Part shown: positions 29,361 through 39,500 of the stretch, piece by piece
Position numbering within the stretch: the stretch's first letter is position 1
Layout of the letters: every line of letters starts with the position of its first letter
DNA from: Alphaproteobacteria bacterium
GTDB taxonomy: Bacteria; Pseudomonadota; Gammaproteobacteria; JAGOUN01
Direction: 5' to 3'
Length of the DNA: 64,000 nt
Assembly: GCA_021151585.1 (NCBI GenBank)
Contig: JAGKWX010000003.1
Span: 501-64,500, forward strand
Notes under the pieces: generated by a model
Database searches by the model: none
Told to the model about the DNA's origin: nothing
What the model saw: the letters and a program-made list of their open reading frames with translations, nothing else
Made by a program: the position numbers and the translations under genes

Positions 29361-31286
29361 ATGAAATTGGCATTTTGTATTTTTAAATATTTTCCATATG
29401 GTGGTTTGCAGCGTGATATGTATCGTGCAGCAGAAGTTGCTATAGCGCGTGGCCATTCGGTAGATATCTATACGATGGACTGGGAAGGGTTGTACATCCC
29501 TAATGCAAATATTAATATAATTAAAGTTCATTGCTGGACGAACCATGGCCGTGCTATTTCATTTATAACCAAATTAAAAAAAATACTTAATAATCGTGCC
29601 TATGATCGTGTTATTGGATTTAACAAAATTCCAGGCTTAGATATTTATTTTACTGGAGAGAATTGTTTTGCAAAGCATGTAGAAAGAAAAAGATTGCCAT
29701 TGATACATTATTTTCCTCGATATTTCTTTTTTTCATTGTTGGAGAAAAAGCTATTTGATGAGAAAAGCGAGTCAGAAATATTGTTGATATCGCCACGAGA
29801 AAAAAAAGTTTATCAAAAATTCTACCATACACAAGATGCGCGTTTTCACTTGCTTTTTCCAGGGATAGAGAAGCCTAGTTGCGACAATCAGGCGGCGATA
29901 AACATGCGCAACAGCATGCGAAAATTACATAATATTAATGAAAATAAAGTTTGGCTGTTGTTTGTTGCTTCTGATTATGCTTTAAAAGGATTGTGGCGAA
30001 TTTTGGAACTTATTCGATCTCTTGATAAAACCCATGCTGATCAAATAATTCTTTCTGTCGTTGGCCATGATAGCGCTTGCGCATATCAATCTTTTTTGAG
30101 TCGAAATAACATAAAAACACGAGTGGATTTCTTGGGAGCATCTGATGAGGTGTATGCCCTAATGGCTGGGGCAGATTTGTTAATGCATCCTGCAAAAGTA
30201 GAATTGGCTGGCAAGGTAATCTTAGAAGCGCTTGTTAATCATTTGCCAGTATTAACGACAGAAATTTGTGGGTGCGCGCATTATGTTATCGAAAGCCATG
30301 GTGGCGTTGTTTTACCTGAGCCATTTTCTCAGCAAGTATTTATGCACGCTTTTCTTCAGATTATGACGCCAGGTTATTTGCAAGGATATAGAAAAAATCT
30401 TAGTGAATATTCGATTAATGAAGGCGTTTATCGATCTCAGCAGCATATAGTTGACTGTATTGAGAATATTGATGTGCATTGTGTTCGAGAATTTTATTTA
30501 GATAAATTTTTAATAAATTTTCTCCCGCAAGACAAGAAAAAATGCATAGCTTATGTATTTTCTTTGCAGGGCGAAATTTATCGACAGGTCGAGAAGAGAA
30601 AAACTATTTTAGTTGACATAGGTGGAAACAATTATTTTATCAAAATGCACTATGGTGTTGGTTGGGCTGAAATTATAAAAAACCTATTGGTTTTTAAGTC
30701 TGTCGCTTTAGGCGCTCAGCCAGAATATGCTGCTATTCGCGAGATGCAAAAGGCCGGCATTTTGGTTCCAAAAATTTCTGCTTATGCGACGGATGGAATA
30801 AATCCTGCCAAAATTAATTCATTTATTATGACTGAGCGTATTTATTATCAATATGATTTGGAAAAGCTGTGTCAAACTTGGCCGCAGCGGCCACCAAATT
30901 TTTTATTTAAGCGACGTTTAATTCATCGCGTGGCAGAGATTGCAAGGAAAATGCATGTGCAAGGCATGAATCATCGTGATTTTTACTTATGCCATTTATT
31001 GTTAAATCAAAAAAGTGAGCTTAATTTTGACTTATATTTAATTGATTTACATCGTGTTCAAATTCGAAAGAAAACACCGTTGCGCTGGATAGTGAAGGAT
31101 TTGGCAGGCTTATATTTTTCTGCCATGGATATTGGCTTGACCCATCATGATATTTATTATTTTTTAACCCAGTATTATCAGCAGCCCTTGAGATATGTTT
31201 TTAAGAAAAAACGCTTAGTTTGTTTCTGGGTTTATCTAAGAGCAAAAATGTTACATCGTCGACATAAAAATAGGCTATCTTTATGA
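29361..31286 (+). CDS. Bifunctional WaaG-like GT4 glycosyltransferase fused to a WaaP-like LPS core heptose kinase (641 aa)
   Basis: N-terminal ~370 aa: MKLAFCIFKYFPYGGLQRDMYRAA...GFNKIPGLDIYF...AGKVILEALVNHLPVLTT aligns with E. coli WaaG. C-terminal ~270 aa: LQGEIYRQVEKRKT...YFIKMHYGVGWAEIIKNLL...NHRDFYLCHLLL...IDLHRVQIRKKTPLRWIVKDLAGLYFSAMDIGLT aligns with E. coli WaaP. One continuous reading frame. Confidence 0.8.
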   Translation: MKLAFCIFKYFPYGGLQRDMYRAAEVAIARGHSVDIYTMDWEGLYIPNANINIIKVHCWTNHGRAISFITKLKKILNNRAYDRVIGFNKIPGLDIYFTGENCFAKHVERKRLPLIHYFPRYFFFSLLEKKLFDEKSESEILLISPREKKVYQKFYHTQDARFHLLFPGIEKPSCDNQAAINMRNSMRKLHNINENKVWLLFVASDYALKGLWRILELIRSLDKTHADQIILSVVGHDSACAYQSFLSRNNIKTRVDFLGASDEVYALMAGADLLMHPAKVELAGKVILEALVNHLPVLTTEICGCAHYVIESHGGVVLPEPFSQQVFMHAFLQIMTPGYLQGYRKNLSEYSINEGVYRSQQHIVDCIENIDVHCVREFYLDKFLINFLPQDKKKCIAYVFSLQGEIYRQVEKRKTILVDIGGNNYFIKMHYGVGWAEIIKNLLVFKSVALGAQPEYAAIREMQKAGILVPKISAYATDGINPAKINSFIMTERIYYQYDLEKLCQTWPQRPPNFLFKRRLIHRVAEIARKMHVQGMNHRDFYLCHLLLNQKSELNFDLYLIDLHRVQIRKKTPLRWIVKDLAGLYFSAMDIGLTHHDIYYFLTQYYQQPLRYVFKKKRLVCFWVYLRAKMLHRRHKNRLSL

Positions 31287-31985
31287 TAAGCCACGCACAA
31301 TGTCCGTGTTGGCAGTGGTAATCGCTTGGCCTAAACTCGTGTATATATCTTGTTGAGGCATATTGTTGTCAAACGTTACTGCAATAATTCGAGTTTGGTA
31401 GCGCTCCCAGCGAGCGGTATTGCAAAGTAATAGAAGTTGTGTGTCTGTTAGATTATTCATAGAAGAGCGTGGATTAATAAGTTCTGGATTAAGAAGATCG
31501 TTACGCCCAAAATATTGTAAATCTAGAATCACAGCCTGGTTATTGGTCATTGGCTGTGAATTATTTGGCATTGCATCGGGAGATAAGATCTGCGTACTAT
31601 TACCAAACTCTGAATCTAAAAGTTCTGTTGCATCATTTTGGCTGACTCTGCCCACGCGGAATAAATTAGCTCTTAACACAAGATTAGCTTTGTCGATATT
31701 ATCGACCACTGTGAACGATTTTTCTTCCAGGCTCTTAGATAGCCAAGTCTGAAGATCAAAATCGTAAACGCCAGCATCATTTTTAATAGTGATGAAAGCG
31801 GTGCGTTCTTCTTTGGGGATAGGTGTTAAATATACATATGAGCTCGCTCTCGTTTTAACTTTTGCTACTGGTTGTGTTACCTTAGAGTCCTGTGATGGCT
31901 GTGCTTTGGCTGGCATGTGACAGGCGGTTAATAAATTCAGACCGAATAAAAAAACAAGACCGCATATAGAATATTTTTTTAACAT
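31281..31985 (-). CDS. TraT-like (complement-resistance/surface-exclusion family) lipoprotein, divergent, 234 aa
   Basis: Lipobox LLTAC. Mature region VKTRASSYVYLTPIPKEERTAFITIKNDAG...DLQTWLSKSLEEKSFTVVDNIDKANLVLRANLF parallels F-plasmid TraT ([30 protein letters not shown]...[33 protein letters not shown]). The Gly-rich central segment of TraT is absent. Confidence 0.4.
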   Translation of the reverse strand: MLKKYSICGLVFLFGLNLLTACHMPAKAQPSQDSKVTQPVAKVKTRASSYVYLTPIPKEERTAFITIKNDAGVYDFDLQTWLSKSLEEKSFTVVDNIDKANLVLRANLFRVGRVSQNDATELLDSEFGNSTQILSPDAMPNNSQPMTNNQAVILDLQYFGRNDLLNPELINPRSSMNNLTDTQLLLLCNTARWERYQTRIIAVTFDNNMPQQDIYTSLGQAITTANTDIVRGLS

Positions 31986-32041
31986 TATTGTAACAAATGA
32001 GTGAATTTTAATGACTCTTTTATACCATTCTCCTGCTCAAG

Positions 32042-33307
32042 GTGACAAGTATGTCTTTATATATTTCGCCTATTAATCGTCCGATTCAGGCCCGAATCAA
32101 CATTCCGGGATCAAAAAGTATTACTAATCGTGCATTGTTGCTCGCTGCTTTAGCGCAGGGTGAATCATTGTTGCAAAATATACTGCTAAGTGATGATAGT
32201 TGGGCCTTGATTAGAGCGTTACAAGCTTTGGGGGTAATTATTCATATTGATAGTTTGCATGATACGGCTACCGTGAGTGGTTGTTCAGGAAAATTTCCCC
32301 AGCCGCAAGCAAGTATTGATTGCCGTGACGCAGGAACTGTGGCGAGATTTTTGTTATCAGTATGTGCTAATCAGTTAGGAAGATTTCAATTAGATGGTAG
32401 CGCGCGTTTGCGACAGCGGCCTTTGCGCGATTTAATTGACGTATTGCGTGCTCAGGGGGCAATAATTTTTTCTGATGCATTGCCATTAACTATTGCAAGT
32501 TATCAAACGCTGATAGGCGGGGATATTTTTATCGCTGGCGATGTTAGCAGTCAATTTTTGTCAGGATTGCTAATGAGTGCTCCGTATTTTCAACGAGATG
32601 TGATCTTGACTACGCATAATTTAGTCAGCAAGCCTTATGTTGATATGACTTGTGCCATGATGCGAGATTTTGGTGTTGATGTGTTGCAACATCAATCTAC
32701 ATGGACTGTGAAAGCGTCTCAGTGTTACCGAGCGCGTCAGTACTGGATTGAGTCTGATTTTTCGAGCGCATCATATTTTTTTGCGGCGGCGGCGGTGACG
32801 GCTGGCGACATCACGATGTTAAATATGTCATACAAACAGAGTATTCAAGGCGATAAATATTTTTTAGATGTATTAAAAAAAATGGGTTGTGTTGTTCAGG
32901 AAAATTCTGAAGGATTGCGCGTTATTGGCCCAGAACAATTAGCAGGAATTGCGGTTGATATGGCTGACTTTTCAGATACTATGATGACGCTTGCGGCAAT
33001 TGCGCCTTTTGCCAATTCTCCAACGCGTATTTTTAATATTGCTAATACGCGCGTTAAAGAATCTGATCGTATTCGTGCGATGGCAAATAATTTACGTTGT
33101 TTGGGTGTTTCAGTTGAGGAAGAAGAGGCGGCGCTCACTATTTTCCCGGCATGTCCACATGGCGGCGTGGTCACTACCTATAATGATCATCGCATTGCAA
33201 TGGCGTGTTCGCTGATTGGTTTAAAGGTGGCTGGAGTAATCATTGATGATGAAAGCTGTGTTAATAAAACGTTTCCAGAGTTTTTTAAGAAATTCTCTTT
33301 GTTGTAA
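32042..33307 (+). CDS. aroA: 3-phosphoshikimate 1-carboxyvinyltransferase (EPSP synthase)
   Basis: INIPGSKSITNRALLLAALAQG...DCRDAGTVARFL...LRQRP motifs. Confidence 0.92.
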   Translation: MTSMSLYISPINRPIQARINIPGSKSITNRALLLAALAQGESLLQNILLSDDSWALIRALQALGVIIHIDSLHDTATVSGCSGKFPQPQASIDCRDAGTVARFLLSVCANQLGRFQLDGSARLRQRPLRDLIDVLRAQGAIIFSDALPLTIASYQTLIGGDIFIAGDVSSQFLSGLLMSAPYFQRDVILTTHNLVSKPYVDMTCAMMRDFGVDVLQHQSTWTVKASQCYRARQYWIESDFSSASYFFAAAAVTAGDITMLNMSYKQSIQGDKYFLDVLKKMGCVVQENSEGLRVIGPEQLAGIAVDMADFSDTMMTLAAIAPFANSPTRIFNIANTRVKESDRIRAMANNLRCLGVSVEEEEAALTIFPACPHGGVVTTYNDHRIAMACSLIGLKVAGVIIDDESCVNKTFPEFFKKFSLL

Positions 33308-33383
33308 TCTAAACAGCAGTGACTATGTCGTACCAGTTCGGGCGGGCTGTTAGTTTTACATGCTATAGCTGAATATAGAGTTA

Positions 33384-33404
33384 TGCCCCGGCCTGTGCCG
33401 GGGT
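33384..33404. terminator. Candidate bidirectional terminator hairpin between convergent aroA and pcnB
   Basis: GCCCCGGCCTGTGCCGGGGTG: a 7-bp GC stem CCCCGGC/GCCGGGG with a 4-nt loop. Flanking U-tracts are weak. Confidence 0.35.
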
Positions 33405-33426
33405 GGTGTGCGCTGTTATTCTCATA

Positions 33427-34761
33427 TTATTGGCGCTTCTTTTTTTCTCTCCGCTTTGGGTTTTTCGTGTATTTTTTCATTTCTTCTGTCAACATCTGTG
33501 TTTGTGTCACAGGGTCTGCTTCTTGCAAGCGTGTCCACCACTGCGCCTTTTCTTGATACTCTGGCTCGACTTCGGCGCGCAATAAAAGAAAATCATAAGC
33601 TGCGCGGAATTTGGGATGTTGTAATATTTCAAATGTTTTTTGATTAACAGGCCGTGTTAATCGATATTGTAAATGCCAAATATCACGTATTGTCATAGAT
33701 AATATTTTAGGAATAGCCGTCATTTTGGCTTGTTCACCTAAGACTTGTGACACGGCAATAGAGTTTGCTTGAGCTTGCGGCATCTCGTTGCTTAATTCAT
33801 GTGCGCGATTTTTATAGACATGCCATAAGAGCACCGCATATAAAAAAGCGGGTGTCACTTTTTTCTCAGCCTGGATGCGCGCATCAGTATTGCGGCAAGC
33901 GAGTTCGATTAAGGCGTGAATTTTTTCATTTTTTTTCATCGCAGCAGATGTTTGCGGAAACAATATCTGAAACAAATGTTGTTGCAATAGCAAATGAAAT
34001 GTTTTCAGTGCGGCACCTGTATGAAATAATTTATATACTTCATCGAATAAGCGAGCGTTTGAAATGTTATTTAACAATTTTGCCATTTTTTTAATTGGCG
34101 CTACAGATTTATTTTCAATAGTAAAATCTAATTTTGCAGCTAAACGTATCGCTCGAAGCATGCGAACGGGGTCTTCGCGATACCGCGTTTCAGGATCGCC
34201 GATGACGCGAATAATTTTATCTTTTATATCGGCAAGTCCATTAACCGCATCGACAATGCTGAAACCATCAATGTTATAATATAAAGCATTAATTGTAATA
34301 TCACGTCGCCAAATATCTTCTTCTAATGTGCCATAAACGTTATCGCGTTTGATCATGCCGCTATCATGCAGTTGATGCGCATCGCTATCTGTGTCTGTGC
34401 CGCGAAAAGTGGCGACTTCGATAATATCGCGTCCAAAATGCACATGCGCAAGACGAAAACGCCTGCCGATCAAGCGACAATTGGTAAATAATTGCTTGAC
34501 TTGTTCTGGGCGCGCATCAGTCACAATGTCAAAATCTTTGGGGCGCAAGTTTAACAATAAGTCACGCACACCGCCGCCGACGATATACGCCTGATATCCG
34601 GCCGATTTTAGGCGATACAGCACCTTAAGGGCATGCTCACTAATGTTCGCACGAGAAATGCTATGTTGCGAGCGCGGCACAATGTGATTCGCGTCAATAG
34701 CTTGAATGTTATTTTTTTTCTTTTTAGAAAAAAGTTTGGTGAGAAAGGCTTTGATGGTCAC
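33427..34761 (-). CDS. pcnB: Poly(A) polymerase I
   Basis: YIVGGGVRDLLLNLRPKDFDIVTDARPEQV... nucleotidyltransferase head; basic tail KNPKRREKKKRQ. Confidence 0.88.
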   Translation of the reverse strand: MTIKAFLTKLFSKKKKNNIQAIDANHIVPRSQHSISRANISEHALKVLYRLKSAGYQAYIVGGGVRDLLLNLRPKDFDIVTDARPEQVKQLFTNCRLIGRRFRLAHVHFGRDIIEVATFRGTDTDSDAHQLHDSGMIKRDNVYGTLEEDIWRRDITINALYYNIDGFSIVDAVNGLADIKDKIIRVIGDPETRYREDPVRMLRAIRLAAKLDFTIENKSVAPIKKMAKLLNNISNARLFDEVYKLFHTGAALKTFHLLLQQHLFQILFPQTSAAMKKNEKIHALIELACRNTDARIQAEKKVTPAFLYAVLLWHVYKNRAHELSNEMPQAQANSIAVSQVLGEQAKMTAIPKILSMTIRDIWHLQYRLTRPVNQKTFEILQHPKFRAAYDFLLLRAEVEPEYQEKAQWWTRLQEADPVTQTQMLTEEMKKYTKNPKRREKKKRQ

Positions 34762-35102
34762 GCTCCTTCTTTAGTCTTGCCTACATTCCAGTGGCCATAT
34801 TTTTGAATATTTTCGTGCATAGCATCGGGGGCCAAGTCTAGTTCTCCTGGCCATGTCGCCACGCCGTAAGAGAGATAGACTTGATTAAACAGGTTTAGAT
34901 TTTGCAGCTGAGCAAACACGCCCGCTTTAGGGCTAAAAATAAATGCTTTCAAATTGACACAGCCTTCTAGGCCGTCGATGAATACGACTTTTAAACAATA
35001 ATCATCTTGCGCAGCGACCATTTTCAAGCGCCATGGCGCTGAACAAATTATTCCAGTGGCTGAATTTTCTTCGGTGTTTGGTTGTGTTTGCATAATTTCC
35101 AA
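34758..35102 (-). CDS. DUF2442 family protein
   Basis: AAQDDYCLKVVFIDGLEGCVNLKAFI...ATWPGELDLAPDAMHE matches the DUF2442 pattern (DDY.L.V.F.DG...VDL...WPNG.D..PD). Its stop overlaps the pcnB start (ATGA). An alternative start MVAAQ lies at 35021. Confidence 0.5.
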   Translation of the reverse strand: MEIMQTQPNTEENSATGIICSAPWRLKMVAAQDDYCLKVVFIDGLEGCVNLKAFIFSPKAGVFAQLQNLNLFNQVYLSYGVATWPGELDLAPDAMHENIQKYGHWNVGKTKEGA

Positions 35103-35308
35103 TCTTCTAATAATTCGGCGCGATGCTCATTCGCCCATTCCAAAACCAACAACAATGCTCGTTTAGGTAAATAACCCTTGATAACCTCTAATGTTTTGAT
35201 TTCAATAATCGCTTCAAATTCGGCGTATAGTGCGTGAAAATGCGGTGGAGGATGTTCGCTCCAAAACATTTGAATAACAATACCATAAAAGGTGCTAACT
35301 GTTGGCAT
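35048..35308 (-). CDS. DUF4160 family protein
   Basis: MPTVSTFYGIVIQMFWSEHPPPHFHALYAEFEA matches the DUF4160 signature (MPTIS.FYGI.I.MY..DH.PPHFHA.Y). It is the canonical upstream partner of DUF2442. Confidence 0.55.
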   Translation of the reverse strand: MPTVSTFYGIVIQMFWSEHPPPHFHALYAEFEAIIEIKTLEVIKGYLPKRALLLVLEWANEHRAELLEDWKLCKHNQTPKKIQPLE

Positions 35309-35372
35309 AAACAAGCCCACGACTTATATATATGGTATTATATTCTGTATTAATATTATTGATCAATAACTT

Positions 35373-36440
35373 ATGTCCTTTATTTCGTCGCGGTTAACAC
35401 AATTGATTAAGCAGGCTATTCAGCACAAAGGCGGCTGGATCAGCTTCGCTGAATTTATGCAAAAAGCCCTATATGAGCCTGGTCTTGGTTATTACGTCGC
35501 CGGTGCTCACAAATTTGGTGAAGATGGAGATTTTGTCACTGCCCCCGAAATTTCTTCTGCGTTTAGTCGATGTTTGGCGCTACAATGCCAAAAATTTTTG
35601 CAAAACGACGATGCAATTCTAGAATTTGGTGCGGGCACGGGCATCATGGCGGCAGATATTTTGTTGGAACTCGAGAAACAGCAATCATTGCCAAAGTATT
35701 ATTTTATTTTAGAAGTCAGCCTAGATTTACAACATCGTCAACAAGAAACCTTGCAGAGAAAATGCCCTCATTTGTGTGGGCGCGTGCAATGGTTATCGCA
35801 ATTGCCGGAAAATTTTACCGGTGTTGTATTGGCGAATGAGGTATTAGACGCTATGCCGGTGCATGTTGTTGAAGTGCAGGATGGCGAATATGTTGAAAAA
35901 GGTGTTGCTGTTGAAAATGGTGAATTTATATGGAAACTCAAAAAATACATTGATCCTAGGGGCGAGCGGCGCTCGCCGTTCTTGCCGCGCGCATTTCCGC
36001 TTATTGAAGGTTATTTTTCTGAAATCTGCCCAGCCATCCACCCTTGGCTTGAAAATCTTTATAAAACGATGAAGCGCGGCTATGTCATTTTAATCGATTA
36101 CGGATTTCTCGAACACGAATACTATCACCCACAACGCGATCAAGGCACGTTAATGTGTCATTATCGTCATCGCGCGCATACAAATCCTTTTATCCATATC
36201 GGTTTGCAAGATATCACGGCGCATGTGGATTTTAGCGCTGTTGCACGCGCGGCAGAAAAATGCGGCTTTATTGTTGAAGATTTTACGACACAGGCGAAAT
36301 TTCTGATGCCGCTCGGGATTTTGGATCCTGTGGATTTGCCTCTCGCAGAACAATATCAACATGCGCAGGCTTTAAAAAAATTACTATTGCCATCGGAGAT
36401 GGGCGAGCTATTCAAAGTGATGGCTCTGCATAAAAAGTGA
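35373..36440 (+). CDS. Class I SAM-dependent methyltransferase, DUF185/MidA/NDUFAF7-like
   Basis: GWISFAEFMQKALYEPGLGYYV....DFVTAPEISSAFSRCLA...ILEFGAGTGIMAADIL is the characteristic MidA-family N-terminus and SAM motif I. Confidence 0.7.
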   Translation: MSFISSRLTQLIKQAIQHKGGWISFAEFMQKALYEPGLGYYVAGAHKFGEDGDFVTAPEISSAFSRCLALQCQKFLQNDDAILEFGAGTGIMAADILLELEKQQSLPKYYFILEVSLDLQHRQQETLQRKCPHLCGRVQWLSQLPENFTGVVLANEVLDAMPVHVVEVQDGEYVEKGVAVENGEFIWKLKKYIDPRGERRSPFLPRAFPLIEGYFSEICPAIHPWLENLYKTMKRGYVILIDYGFLEHEYYHPQRDQGTLMCHYRHRAHTNPFIHIGLQDITAHVDFSAVARAAEKCGFIVEDFTTQAKFLMPLGILDPVDLPLAEQYQHAQALKKLLLPSEMGELFKVMALHKK

Positions 36441-36587
36441 TAAATTTATATACAGATAGACTGTTTTTTGACCCGAAAGATATATTTTTTTAATTAGTTT
36501 GTTCTCAAAATCTACAATCCTTCAGCTCTACTTAAGATTTGGTCGGTATGATCAAGTTTTTCGAATAAGCAGAAAAAGGTAGACATT

Positions 36588-39500
36588 ATGCAGACCAGGC
36601 AAATCCCTTCCGTTATGGCAAGACTAAATGACACGAGTCCCCATAGAGCAACTCCAGCAATCATAGCTGAGAATTATGATAGTCGAGTTTATGGTAAACG
36701 CCAACGTTATGCGATGCCATCAGCATTGACTAGTGTAGATGGCGTGGATAGAACACAGGTTTTTCAGAATTTTACTTATGAAGATTTTACACGATTAAAA
36801 GATTTGGTTAGTACAGCGACATGTCCATTAGACCGAGCGTTGATTGATAAAATCAACTCATTAGATAAGTCAACTTATGCGCAAGCTGAATTTGATTACA
36901 ACACCGCGCGTGGTTTGGAATCTTATCTTGCATCACAAAATAATGATGTAGAAATGACTGATAAGCAAATTCAAGCAACTCAAGAAAACCCATTGGCACA
37001 TCCGAAGACCTTGGATACCAAGTTGGTGGTGAATAAAAATGCTGCGAGTTCTCAGGCACATGCTGTGTCAATTAGGCAGTTGATAAATAAATTAGCGACA
37101 GAATTTTATTCTACTACATTAATTGTTTTTTCTGATGAAGCAGCAGTCGCAGTAGATAGTGCTAAAGCCACTAATCTTTCACGTATGGTATTTTTTGATA
37201 AACAAGCGATTTATGCTCTTTGTTGTGTTTATGGTGTTGATAAAGCAGCATTGACTGATAAATTAAACAGTAAAGGTATGGCTGTAACCTTAGCTGAGAT
37301 ACGCGCTGCTCGAACGCAAGAGCCTGAAATTAAAGCATTGGCAATAGCAATAGAAACATTATTCGAGGCCGCTTATTTTGGTTCGGGTCGAGCATTTCAG
37401 TCGCTGATTGAAGCACATGAAGCAGGTATTTACGAATTTAGTGACGAAGAATTGTGCCAATTAGTAGAAGCGCAAATGGCATGGTATCGCATAGGATTAG
37501 CTGCACAAACACCACGTGATGGTAATCGCGTGCATTATGTCGCTTATCCTTTTGCGGATGACTTGAGTGCAGTGCAATGCTTGCCTGACTTAATCCTATC
37601 TCCTAAAACGTGGAAAGCAGTTCGTGTAAACCAAGCTGCATTCCAAAATTTACTTGCTAACGTTTATCATCAGCAAGGGATTAAAGCTTCTGCTTTAGTA
37701 GTTGCTAATGAGCATTTTGACGAAGAGGTAAAATTATCTAATGATGATTTGCGACAATTATTGCGAACGCTGGTTACTCTATATATTGCTGCAAAACAAT
37801 CAGGTTCTAGCGTAGAAGGCGATGATATGCAAATTTTACCAAGATTTCTACCAGAAAAACGCTATCCAAGATTGTGGGAGGCGTTAAGAGGGAAAGCGGA
37901 AGAAAGTTATCGCTTGCTCAATGATTTTTGGCCGAAATTAAGTCGAGAATTGCTGAATCAGCCGGTGGTAGCTGAACTAACTGCGCGTGGTCCGCGTAGT
38001 GAGGAAGAGCGAGCTGAGGCTGCTCATGCTGAGCTAACAATTGATGCATTGGTTTCCTCGGTACATTTAGCTGGTGAGATAGAAAAACAACCAGAGCATT
38101 TAATTAAACAGCTTCAAGAGCCGATAATGGCTATCGAATTGAGTGACACAAAACGACAGTTTGCTGCTCAGCGGATAGAGATTTTGGAAGCCATGGGTAA
38201 GTTACGTCATTATGCATTGTCTGAAAAATTAAGAACGCCTGGTCTCGATGAATCCATACAAGATGAGTTGGTGCTGGCAAAACAAAAGAATTCAGCGCAA
38301 ACGATGAGCGAAACAGAGTTAATGCAAAAAATCACAGAACAAGCAGTATTGGCGAGTGGTGGTATTTATGATATTCGAGAAGTGATTATCAAGAGGATCG
38401 CTAGTAACCAAGTAGCAGACAAAAGTGCACAAGAAAAACTTGATGAAGACAATAAGGCTTTGCAGAAACCACAACAAATATTGTTAAGACAAACGGATGA
38501 GGTAGTTAAAAAACTTCAAGAAGAAGATGAAAAAGATTTGAAAGATAGTAGTGTTGTTGAATATAAAGCAGAGAAATCGGGTTTTGCTAAGAGTAAAACA
38601 GCCAATCATGTTGAAAGAGAGTTTGAAGAAGCAAGTAATGCAGTAGAAGAACAAGCGAAATTGACAGCAGATAGAAATCGTCCTGCTTCTTTCTTATGGG
38701 GTAAATCAGATCAAGAGCTATTACAAGAAAAACAACAAAGGTTAGTAAAATGCGAAGCGCGTTTAAACACGTTACGCACTCAGCAAGCAGCGTATGTACA
38801 GCGTAAAGCTCAACGTGATAAAGATACCAAATTGGTTCAGCAATTACGGGACCAGGTGAATCAGCTTGTAACCCATGCTATTGAAGTTTTGAAAAATTTA
38901 AACATGATTAGAGCTGAACGATTGGATCAATTAGAGGCATTGAAGTTATTAAGCCAAGATATTCTAGAAGTGATTGAGAATAATCCAGTTGTTGAGTATA
39001 TGCGCGATTTTGTTGAAAAAGTTTCTGAGTTTATAATATCACAAATGAAAGAGGCTAATGCTCAAGCGGTGCGTGAAGCACGTTTGCAGGAGCTTGAAAA
39101 TAAAGAGCGAGCGTTAACTAAAGCATTGGTTGAGACTAACCCTGTAACCGAATTTATTCGTTTGGTGATGCTCGATTATGTGCAAACTTGGGTGGCGCGT
39201 AAAGGAAGGGGTGATTATTCTTATTGGAAAAACTTAATCGCACAAAGTTTACAAGAAGACATAACGGCGTATGAATATGGAGCTTTTGCGTTTAAACATC
39301 CGAATAAAAAGAACAAGGCGCGTGAAGCGTTGCCTTTATTTATAGTGGCAAATTCATCCGCTTATATAAAATTGTTAGTGATTTACATATTGAGTGTTTC
39401 TGCCGAAGATTTTTGGTTAAAAATACAAGATAAGCTCTTCGAAACGAATGGCCGGGTGGTGCCTAAAGAATCTGCATCATTGCTAAATGTTTTGTTAAGT

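Noticed and set aside
33403-34594. Plus-strand ORFs of 60-109 aa overlapping pcnB
   Set aside because: They are antisense to the well-supported poly(A) polymerase gene.
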